64,000 bases of DNA, from assembly GCA_029906985.1 (NCBI GenBank), contig JARYMT010000001.1, positions 67,223 to 131,222 on the forward strand, in the 5' to 3' direction. How positions within the stretch are numbered: position 1 is the stretch's first letter; the number at the start of each line of letters is the position of its first letter. The notes under the pieces were generated by a model that saw only the letters and a list, made by a program, of their open reading frames with translations, was not told where the DNA came from and made no database searches. This document shows positions 44,906-52,726 of the stretch, piece by piece. Origin of the DNA: Microgenomates group bacterium. GTDB taxonomy: Bacteria; Patescibacteriota; Microgenomatia; UBA1406; GWC2-37-13. Both the position numbers and the translations under genes were made by a program.

Positions 44906-46627
44906 TCACGTATTCTTGCTGTTTTCCCAATCATTGACCTGGTCTCTTATTTTTTGTAACTGTTCTTTTATCTTATCAATCTGATGCGGTTTGATGCCTA
45001 AATTTCTCAATTCAGAATCATTACAGGATAATAAAAATTCTAGGGTAGTTTTTTTGTTGTCTCTTAAAAAACGATTAGATATTCTTGCGCCGGCGATTAA
45101 CCGGATTTCCCCCCATTCAGCTGATTGACTGGAAATAATATTTTTTTCAAATAATTTCCGCCTTAACTCATTAATCTGAGTAGGTTTTAATCCTTTGGTT
45201 ATTAATTCGTCATCACTTAGCGTGGCCACTTCTGCTGGTGAGATCTTTAAACGATATAGTCTATTACTAAGTCTTGGTCGAAGCTTAAAATCTGACCATT
45301 TTGCCTCTCTCTTTAGGTCTTCTTGCCAGAGGATAAATTTTTGATAATTAAATTTGGTTTGCAAAGTTAAAGACAAAGTTCCTTCGATCGCTCTAGCCAA
45401 ATTTAAACCATGATCGTTTAACCAGTCTTTAATATCTTGAAGAGTTTTGTTTCCGATCCCTCTTATGCGCCGTAATTGTTGCGGAGTTAGCGCTTTTAAC
45501 TCATCTATAGTAGTAATTCCCCCCCTCAATAAGGCGTTTCTGGCCCGAATTGGTAATCCGGAAAATGGGTCGACTACTCCTAGTTCCACCGCTCCCCAAG
45601 ATTTATTAATATTAATAGCTTTAAGAATTTTTGTTTTTATGCTTTGAAGATGTTGAAGAATTCTTTGTCTGGTGACTCGACCAAATTTTTCCTGATATTT
45701 TTCTAGAAGTTCGCTAATATTGGTAACTAATCCCTTTTTTAATAGATCGAAAATAAATTCTTGTTTGGGCGATAAAGATAAAGACAAATCAGGATATTTT
45801 CCAATTACCCATTTAAATACTCCAACTCGTCCTAATTGACTTATTTCTCTGGTCTTTTCTAACCAATCTCTTAAAGTATCAGGATTTATTCCTTTTTTAT
45901 GAGCAATGTCTCTTAAACTAAGGTTGTTAAAAAAAATTTGTTTTATGATTGTATCGAGATAATCTTTACCAAAGTAGCCCTCCAGTTTTGTTTTTGCTTT
46001 ACCCCTTTTTACCTCGGGAGGCGTTTTTTCTTTTATTGAGACTTCATCTTTGGGAAAATCTGAAAAAGGTATTCCCAATCTTCGATAAAGATAATAAACC
46101 AATGCCTTTCGTTGCCGAGGCAAATGAAGCATTCTACATAATTTATCTGGTCTTAATTGATTACTTATAATATATGTTGTTAATTCTTCTTCCCTGTCGG
46201 GAAAACCGTATTTTTGTAATAATTCTTTTGTTTTTTCTTTTAGACGAAACGGTCTTTCAAAAAACGGCCAATCAGCCCCAACTCCTTCTAATAAAGCTCT
46301 TGCCCGGGACGGACTTACTTTTAATATTCGTGCCAACCTTCCGATGGTTGGTTGTGCCGCCGCCAGCCATTCTTCTGGCGTTTGACCGGGAGTTCTTTGG
46401 ACTCTTATTTTATCAAGTTCAACAGGACTAAAAACTCCCGACAAAGGTTTAATCCCGGTTATAGGCGGACCATCAAGACCTTTTGATCTTAAAAAATTTA
46501 TTCTTGTAGCTACTATGGACACTATTTGAAGAACTAACCCGAGCGCATTATTATCTGGCTTAACTTGTTCGTCATTTTCTTTTGGGGGTTCAACAAGATT
46601 TTGTCCTAATGAACATATTCTTTCCAT
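44906..46627 (-). CDS. multi-HTH protein with three RNAP alpha-CTD-like HhH repeats (paralogue B)
   Basis: 573 aa. The N-terminal about 350 aa are collinear with 43165..44352 (e.g. IGRLARILKVSPSRARALLEGVGADW; LSLRDIAHKKGINPDTLRDWLEK). GLPIRARNALLRGGITTIDELKALTPQQLRRIRGIGNKTLQDIKDWLNDHGLNL closely follows the alpha-CTD pattern. Two further degenerate copies follow. Confidence 0.6.
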   Translation of the reverse strand: MERICSLGQNLVEPPKENDEQVKPDNNALGLVLQIVSIVATRINFLRSKGLDGPPITGIKPLSGVFSPVELDKIRVQRTPGQTPEEWLAAAQPTIGRLARILKVSPSRARALLEGVGADWPFFERPFRLKEKTKELLQKYGFPDREEELTTYIISNQLRPDKLCRMLHLPRQRKALVYYLYRRLGIPFSDFPKDEVSIKEKTPPEVKRGKAKTKLEGYFGKDYLDTIIKQIFFNNLSLRDIAHKKGINPDTLRDWLEKTREISQLGRVGVFKWVIGKYPDLSLSLSPKQEFIFDLLKKGLVTNISELLEKYQEKFGRVTRQRILQHLQSIKTKILKAININKSWGAVELGVVDPFSGLPIRARNALLRGGITTIDELKALTPQQLRRIRGIGNKTLQDIKDWLNDHGLNLARAIEGTLSLTLQTKFNYQKFILWQEDLKREAKWSDFKLRPRLSNRLYRLKISPAEVATLSDDELITKGLKPTQINELRRKLFEKNIISSQSAEWGEIRLIAGARISNRFLRDNKKTTLEFLLSCNDSELRNLGIKPHQIDKIKEQLQKIRDQVNDWENSKNT

Positions 46628-46633
46628 TCTTGT

Positions 46634-46662
46634 ATTATACTTTTAAAAATACTATAAGTCAA
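46634..46662 (-). promoter_or_regulatory. consensus promoter TTGACT-17-TATAAT placed for a leaderless mRNA of 44906..46627
   Basis: On the minus strand, TTGACT lies at 46657-46662, followed by a 17-nt spacer and TATAAT at 46634-46639, then ACAAGA and the ATG (46625-46627). The expected +1 therefore coincides with the A of the ATG. The homologous sequence upstream of 44352 reads CTTATAGTATTATAAGGTATAAT-N7-ATG. Confidence 0.55.
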
Positions 46663-46734
46663 TTATAATTAACTTATCAGTGGCGAAATTTTTCCATGAA
46701 TAGTTTTTATTAAGTGGCCTTAGGTAATTTGTGG

Positions 46735-46969
46735 TAAAAAGACCATATTTTATTATTCAAACCTATCAAGATTTCTCCCCAGTTATTATTCGAGCAAGCG
46801 GAGGGTGTCAAGAACTATTCCCGGTTACTGTTCGAGCTTGTCAAGAAACATCCTTGGTTATTATTTAAGCTTGTCAAGAATCTTTATGTTGTTTAAGCAA
46901 TCCCAGATAAGAAGAGTCCAATAATTAAAAAAATAAACTTTTAAATAATACAATTAATTAATTGTAGTG
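46735..46969. repeat. 235-bp direct repeat, copy B
   Basis: See copy A. Same orientation, offset 2257 bp, located upstream (in the minus-strand sense) of 44906..46627. Confidence 0.9.
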
Positions 46970-47209
46970 AAAAAATAAGTTATTGTTTAGGACTAGTTTA
47001 GAATTAAAATTGGGCAGCAAACTTTGTTATGAAGCGAGAATTTCACACCTCAACCTTGTTTCGTCAAAAGTTTAAAGAAACATTATTAAAAGATCCCTTA
47101 CGCGGTGTCCTATAAATTTGGGGTTGGCTTATCAATCAATAATAATTTAATCTAAATTATTTGGGTTAATCAGAATAATTAAGCTAGTTAAATCTGTTAA
47201 AATTTCTTT

Positions 47210-48361
47210 ATGGCCGCTTCAGTGATTGTCTTTGATCCAACCGCAAATGATGAATTAAGCCGTGTCCGCGGTGTTGGCCGCTACCTACAAATTCTAAAAG
47301 AAAATTTTTCCGGAGAATGGATTTTTACCAACAATTTAACCACAAAGCAATTGAGCTATTCAACAATTTTCATTAACCCATTTTTTAACTTCCTTCAACC
47401 GCCTCTAACTCTCAAACGCCTTGCCAAAAAACAGATCGCCGTTATTCATGATCTTATTCCCTTAAAATATCCCGGGCATTTTCCCGCCGGAATCAAAGGA
47501 AAGATAAATGTCTTTTTAAACAAACTGACTTTAAAAAATTATGACTTAATAATAACCGACTCTGAGGCCTCAAAAAAAGACATTATTCAAATACTTAATC
47601 AACTGCCGGAAAAAGTTAAGGTAGTTTATCCTTGTTTACCAACAGTTTTTAGGGAAAATAAAAATCGGAAAGAGGCTGTGACAGCGAGCCAAAAAAATTT
47701 AAGCAAAATTTTGTTTCCAGACCCACCTCCTAACTTTTGTATTTATGTCGGCGACGCTACCTGGAATAAAAATTTAGTCAACCTGGCAAAGGCAATAAAG
47801 ATAATAAATGTTCCGTGTGTTTTCGTCGGGAAAGTTTTTAGCGCGGGTGGTGAGCGACGGGGGGACCCAACGAGCCGAGCGACATTATCCGCACGGAAGC
47901 ATTTACCAAGTGAGGCGAGCGAGGCTGGGGCTGGCGCGAACCAAGACCCGCCGAAAAATCCATGGTTAAACGAACTCAATCAATTCCTTTTTGAAGCCAA
48001 AAACGACCAACGCTTTATTTTTCCCGGTTTTGTACCTGATGAAAGGCTAATCCAACTCTATAAGCAGGCGAGATTAAACATTCTTGTTTCCCGTGACGAA
48101 GGCTTCGGTTTCTCCTACTTTGAAGCCGCCTCCCAAGGCTGCTCATCAGTTCTTTCCGACATTCCGGTTTTTCGCGAAACCGCCGATAGTGCTGCTTTAT
48201 TTGCCAACCCAAATAATCCAAATGAGATTGCCGATCAAATCGGCGAACTTTATTTTAATGAAGAATTAAGAAATAATTTTAGTCAAAAAGCAAAAAAGCG
48301 CTTCCGTCAATTTTCTCCAGAGAAATTCAAAAGAGAGTTTCTTAATTCGCTTAATTTTTAG
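47210..48361 (+). CDS. family 4 (GT-B, group 1) glycosyltransferase with GC-rich internal insertion
   Basis: C-terminal GT1 core ..VSRDEGFGFSYFEAASQGCSSVLSDIPVFRE.. (EX7E-type). The segment 47841-47955 encodes SAGGERRGDPTSRATLSARKHLPSEASEAGAGANQDPP and is strikingly GC-rich. Confidence 0.8.
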   Translation: MAASVIVFDPTANDELSRVRGVGRYLQILKENFSGEWIFTNNLTTKQLSYSTIFINPFFNFLQPPLTLKRLAKKQIAVIHDLIPLKYPGHFPAGIKGKINVFLNKLTLKNYDLIITDSEASKKDIIQILNQLPEKVKVVYPCLPTVFRENKNRKEAVTASQKNLSKILFPDPPPNFCIYVGDATWNKNLVNLAKAIKIINVPCVFVGKVFSAGGERRGDPTSRATLSARKHLPSEASEAGAGANQDPPKNPWLNELNQFLFEAKNDQRFIFPGFVPDERLIQLYKQARLNILVSRDEGFGFSYFEAASQGCSSVLSDIPVFRETADSAALFANPNNPNEIADQIGELYFNEELRNNFSQKAKKRFRQFSPEKFKREFLNSLNF

Positions 48362-48373
48362 CTTGTTTTTGCC

Positions 48374-48424
48374 ATAAAGGTTGACCGTGGGGGTCAAATT
48401 TATGGCGTCAATATAATCCAAAAT
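48374..48424. repeat. 51-nt hairpin-containing repeat, copy 1 (downstream of GT4)
   Basis: ATAAAGGTTGACCGTGGGGGTCAAATTTATGGCGTCAATATAATCCAAAAT versus 51678-51728, with 4 mismatches by eye. Contains the TTGACC/GGTCAA stem extended by ATAAAGG/TTTATGG. Confidence 0.8.
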
Positions 48425-48488
48425 TTGCTAAAAATTGACTTTTTTTGTTCTTGTTTTTTTTATTGAAATTTATTATTCTAAATAATTA

Positions 48489-51400
48489 ATGCCTATTTTA
48501 AAATCAATTTCAAAATCAACTTGGTTGATTTTTTCTTTCTTTTTTTTAATTGTCGTTATTGCTGCCGGAGTTCATCTTGATCAAAAAGCAAGGATTTTAA
48601 AAAATAGAGCCCAGGAAAAAGTACCTCCTGAATTTGAATTAAAAAAACCGGAATATGCTAAAGGAGAAGTAATTATAAAGCTCAAAACGGGCAGTTTAAA
48701 TTTGAAATCGAGTGGCGGACAAGCTCTTTCTGATAAAATACCCAACCCACTAAATGAAATTGAAGAAACAATACTTCCTGAGTCATTAAAATCATTTAAG
48801 AAAAAACACCCGGAAGCAAAAATAAAAAAAGTTTTCACAAACTATACTAATCCTTCAGACGAATTAAAAACTTTTAAACAAAAATTTTCAGAAGATCTCA
48901 AAACTGGTAAACGAAAAATCAACGAGCAAGGAATCTTAAAAATTGATTTAGGAGGAATTTATCTACTTAGTTTTGATCAAAATGTGCCAGTTGAATCAAT
49001 AATCTTAGAACTCATTAATCATCCAGAGGTTGCCTATGCCGAACCAAATTATATTTATACAATTAACGCAGAATCTAATGATCCCTATTACTTAGATAGT
49101 TACCCTGATAATATAGCCAATCGGGACCCTGCCTGGAACCCAAGCTACGACTATCAATGGAACCTTAAAAAAATCAATGTTCAACAGGCTTGGGATATTC
49201 CCTTAACCCATGAAACAATTGTGGCAGTTATTGATACCGGAGTTGATTATACCCACGAGGAATTCGGTAACTGCACTTTAACAATGATTAATAATAATCA
49301 ATGCCAAAAAATTACAGCTGGCTTTAATTATATAGACCTATCTGACGATCCAATTGATGATCATGGCCACGGCACCCATGTCGCAGGAATTATCGCCGCA
49401 GCCACCAATAATAATAAAGGCGTTGCCTCTCTTGATAGAAATAATAATTTAAGAATTATGCCAATTAAATCCCTTGCTAAAGACGGCGCTGGTTATCTTG
49501 ATGACGTAGCAAGTTCTATCGTGTTTGCTTCTCAAAATGGAGCAAAAGTAATCAACATGAGTCTTGGTTCTGGTCCTTATGAAGTAGAGGAAGAAACCGA
49601 AAGAGAGGTTATAGAATTTGCTTTTAATTTTGGTGTGACTATAGTTGCCTCCGCTGGTAATAAAAATATTGATGTGGCTGATGGCTACTGGCCAGCTAAT
49701 AATCAGTATGTTATTTCTGTTGCCGCTACCGATCAAAATGACAACAAGGCTCTCTACTCTAATTTTGGAAACATAGATGTAGCTGCCCCGGGAGGAGAAA
49801 AACCATACAATTTATTATCTTTAAATGCCCATGACCCGGCTAATTCATCAAGTTTTTTAAATTTAGGCAACCTCCCTGTTGGGAATGGTTATCTACGTCT
49901 GGCTGGGACATCAATGGCCGCTCCCCATGTTGCTGGTTTAGCTGGATTAATTTTATCCAAAAATCCAAATTTAAATCCATTAGAGGTCAGGTCAATTATT
50001 GAATTATCTGCTGATTCAATGGGAGATCCAGGAATAAATAGTTATTTCGGTTGGGGAAGAATTAATGCTTTTAAAGCGCTTTCTTTTAACGGTTCTCCAC
50101 CTGTGGCGGAAATTTACTCGCCGACAAGAAATCAAATAGTTCACGGTGTTTGTGAAATTATCGGTACGGCTACCGCAGTTAATTTTTCCAGTTTTAATCT
50201 CTCTGTCGGTCTCGGCGCCCACCCAACTCAGTGGTCAAGTCTTGGAATTACCCAAACTACTAATAATTCTGTTGAAAATGGCTTGTTGGGGACAATTGAT
50301 GTTTCCTATTACAAAAACCAACAATTTACTATCAGACTACAAACAAATACTTTAACAGGCCAAACAAAAGAAGCCTATGTTTTTGTTTCTAATTTCATCT
50401 ATAGTGTCCCGTCTTTACCATCATCGCCTGAATGTCCCTACCCAACAAGACGGTTTTCTATTTATTATGGTTATGCCTACATTAATAATCAATTGGCGCC
50501 AGAAGGAACAAAAATCTGGGCAGTCACCCCCCGAGGCGAAATTGCTGGTTGCCAAACCGTTATAGAAAATGGGATGATTCAATTTATGCATGTTTATGGA
50601 GAAGATGAACCGAATATGCCGGGAATGAGAACAAATGAACCAATTAGTATTTATGTCAACGATTCTTATGCTACTACTGTTCCTTCAACTTTGTTTTGGC
50701 AAAATGATTGGAATACTCATATGATAGAAGTTTATGCCCCAGCTCCGGGCCAGCAAATAAGTTTAAACACTGGTTGGAATTGGATAACTCAAAGAACACT
50801 TATTCCTGATCCAGCTATTGCTGGAGCCCTATCAAGCATCTCTGGCAAATATGATCAAGTTTTGGCCGAAAACGGTATCTATTCTTCCTGGTTGCCGCCG
50901 GTATACAATACGCTTAATAACTTATCAGCTGGCGCCATGTATATGATTCATGCCACTGACATTGCCGAACTAAAACTATATGGAGAGCCTATCCCCGTTT
51001 CCCAACCCATATCTCTTCATCAGGGATGGAATTGGATTGGGTACTATGGTCAAAGCCCGATGTCAATAACAGTGGCTTTAAGTTCTATTTCCGGTCAATA
51101 CTCAAGTGTCTTAAGCGAAGATGAATACTACGATCCTCTTAATCCTGATTATTCTTCTTTACAAACCCTGATACCAAATAAAGGATACCTTTTAAAATCA
51201 AAAATTAATCAAACTCTAATCTACCCTTCCTCAACTACTCAAGCCGCTAATCAAGCCACTAATTCTGTGTTGGGGGTAGCATCAACTTCCCTTTGTAAAA
51301 AAACAGTCACCAATATCTACACCAATGTTTATGCTAAAATTCCTAAATCAGTTTTTAATGCCAAAGATGATTTGACAGCAAAATTTATAACACCAAGCGG

Positions 51401-51662
51401 TGTCATCGCCGGTTGTGGGACCATCCAAAGAAATTTATTAAAAATAACTCGTTTGTTTGGTGAGGAATCAATTAATGGAAAAATTTACCCCGGTTTTAAA
51501 AAAGACGATTTGGTTAGAGTAGAAATAATTAATAACCGAACTCAAAAATCAATAGGGACCTTTGCCACAAATTTTAAGTTCACTCCCGATGATCAAGCTC
51601 ATTTTATTGAAATTGTTACTTCCTCACAGTCTCCAACCCCAACCCCAAGACGAAAAAAGTAA
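48489..51662 (+). CDS. S8 family subtilisin-like serine protease with I9-like propeptide and about 500-aa C-terminal extension
   Basis: N-terminal TM/signal. Catalytic triad motifs VIDTGVD, HGHGTHVAGII, GTSMAAPHVAGLAGL. Internal duplications in the C-terminal half. The protein ends in SPTPTPRRKK. Confidence 0.9.
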   Translation: MPILKSISKSTWLIFSFFFLIVVIAAGVHLDQKARILKNRAQEKVPPEFELKKPEYAKGEVIIKLKTGSLNLKSSGGQALSDKIPNPLNEIEETILPESLKSFKKKHPEAKIKKVFTNYTNPSDELKTFKQKFSEDLKTGKRKINEQGILKIDLGGIYLLSFDQNVPVESIILELINHPEVAYAEPNYIYTINAESNDPYYLDSYPDNIANRDPAWNPSYDYQWNLKKINVQQAWDIPLTHETIVAVIDTGVDYTHEEFGNCTLTMINNNQCQKITAGFNYIDLSDDPIDDHGHGTHVAGIIAAATNNNKGVASLDRNNNLRIMPIKSLAKDGAGYLDDVASSIVFASQNGAKVINMSLGSGPYEVEEETEREVIEFAFNFGVTIVASAGNKNIDVADGYWPANNQYVISVAATDQNDNKALYSNFGNIDVAAPGGEKPYNLLSLNAHDPANSSSFLNLGNLPVGNGYLRLAGTSMAAPHVAGLAGLILSKNPNLNPLEVRSIIELSADSMGDPGINSYFGWGRINAFKALSFNGSPPVAEIYSPTRNQIVHGVCEIIGTATAVNFSSFNLSVGLGAHPTQWSSLGITQTTNNSVENGLLGTIDVSYYKNQQFTIRLQTNTLTGQTKEAYVFVSNFIYSVPSLPSSPECPYPTRRFSIYYGYAYINNQLAPEGTKIWAVTPRGEIAGCQTVIENGMIQFMHVYGEDEPNMPGMRTNEPISIYVNDSYATTVPSTLFWQNDWNTHMIEVYAPAPGQQISLNTGWNWITQRTLIPDPAIAGALSSISGKYDQVLAENGIYSSWLPPVYNTLNNLSAGAMYMIHATDIAELKLYGEPIPVSQPISLHQGWNWIGYYGQSPMSITVALSSISGQYSSVLSEDEYYDPLNPDYSSLQTLIPNKGYLLKSKINQTLIYPSSTTQAANQATNSVLGVASTSLCKKTVTNIYTNVYAKIPKSVFNAKDDLTAKFITPSGVIAGCGTIQRNLLKITRLFGEESINGKIYPGFKKDDLVRVEIINNRTQKSIGTFATNFKFTPDDQAHFIEIVTSSQSPTPTPRRKK

Positions 51663-51677
51663 AGTGGTTTTTTTGTT

Positions 51678-51728
51678 ATAAAGGTTGACCGCGGGGGTCA
51701 AACTTATGGCGTCAATATAGTCTAAAAT
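51678..51728. repeat. 51-nt hairpin-containing repeat, copy 2 (between the convergent S8 protease and tatD genes)
   Basis: See copy 1. Confidence 0.8.
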
Positions 51729-51731
51729 ATA

Positions 51732-52628
51732 TTATTTTATTAAAAAAAGTTTTTGGGCGTTTTTTGTTGTTTTTTTGATTAATTGACTTGTTTGAATGTT
51801 TAATGTTTTGGCGATAAATTCGGCGATGAGTTTGATATTTTTTGGGACATTTGGTCCGTCACCAACGCTGATTTTATTAATTTTTGGCATCATAAAGGGG
51901 GCATCGGTTTCTAAAACCAAAAGATCCAACGGCACTTTTTTGATAAACTCCTGCTTTTTCTTTTTATATGTAATATCACCATCAATCCCGATATATATTT
52001 TGTGTTTGATTGCATAATCTAATAGTTTATCATCAGCCTCGCAGCAGTGAAAAACCGTCCGTCCCGCTAGTTTTTTATCCCAGACTTGATTTAAAATATG
52101 GAGCAAATCATCAGTTGCCTGTCGGTTATGAAGAATCAGACTTTTATTATATTCTTTTGCCAAATTAATCTGCTCAATTAATATATTTTTTTGCAGATCT
52201 ATAAATTCTTCATCTACTTTGTAATTTAAATATTTGGTTTTCTCATAATAATATCTATCAATCCCCACCTCACCAATCGCCACGACTTTTTTGTTTGCCA
52301 ATAAGCTCTCAATTGGCGAAGATATTTGTTTTGAGACAATCGCCTGGGGGACCCCCCATGCGAAGCGTGGGGGTGAGGCGGTCGAAAAACACGGTGTCAA
52401 GCCAATAGAATAAGACTTTACAAATTTATATACATGATGCGGATGTATTCCTACCGCCGCATAAACCTCTTTATATTTTCCCGCAACCTCCACCGCCCTC
52501 TTTGAACTTTCAATATCCGTCCCTGGGACAATAATTCTGTCGACGCCGGCTTTTTTGGCATCAGCAATAATTTGGTCGAGATTATTTTTAAATATCTTGA
52601 AGTTTAAATGACAATGCGTATCAACCAT
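51732..52628 (-). CDS. tatD: TatD-family metal-dependent hydrolase/DNase
   Basis: MVDTHCHLNF, AAVGIHPH, VVAIGEVGIDRYY, LILHNR, ETDAPF motifs. About 30 extra residues (..LTPCFSTASPPRFAWGVPQAIV..) are encoded by the repeat at 52335-52402. Confidence 0.85.
   Translation of the reverse strand: MVDTHCHLNFKIFKNNLDQIIADAKKAGVDRIIVPGTDIESSKRAVEVAGKYKEVYAAVGIHPHHVYKFVKSYSIGLTPCFSTASPPRFAWGVPQAIVSKQISSPIESLLANKKVVAIGEVGIDRYYYEKTKYLNYKVDEEFIDLQKNILIEQINLAKEYNKSLILHNRQATDDLLHILNQVWDKKLAGRTVFHCCEADDKLLDYAIKHKIYIGIDGDITYKKKKQEFIKKVPLDLLVLETDAPFMMPKINKISVGDGPNVPKNIKLIAEFIAKTLNIQTSQLIKKTTKNAQKLFLIK
52335..52402. repeat. GC-rich repeat inside the tatD coding sequence (copy 2, with extra hairpin)
   Basis: GACAATCGCCTGGGGG[ACCCCCCATGCGAAGCGTGGGG]GTGAGGCGGTCGAAAAACACGGTGTCAAGC. 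The bracketed part forms an 8-bp stem (CCCCATGC-GAA-GCGTGGGG) that is absent from the tgt copy. Confidence 0.7.
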
Positions 52629-52726
52629 TTTTATAGATTAACATCGATTGGTTGCGAATTTACACGGATTAATGATCCGTAAAAATCTGTTATTAATCTA
52701 TGAAATTCTATTATATAATAAATTGT

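Noticed and set aside
42017-47209. Diversity-generating retroelement, retron or prophage interpretation of the island.
   Set aside because: No reverse transcriptase, integrase, terminase, capsid or tail ORF is present in or next to the island. No template/variable repeat pair with A-specific differences is present either: the two long repeats differ by one T/C change and an indel.
43165-48361. Track ORFs 42652..42867, 44135..44398, 45447..45647, 45949..46170, 46174..46431, 47743..47979, 48015..48221 and 48084..48269.
   Set aside because: They are alternative-frame or antisense ORFs within the small secreted protein gene, the two HTH paralogues or the GT4 gene. They have no motifs, and their composition-driven openness is expected in GC-richer segments.
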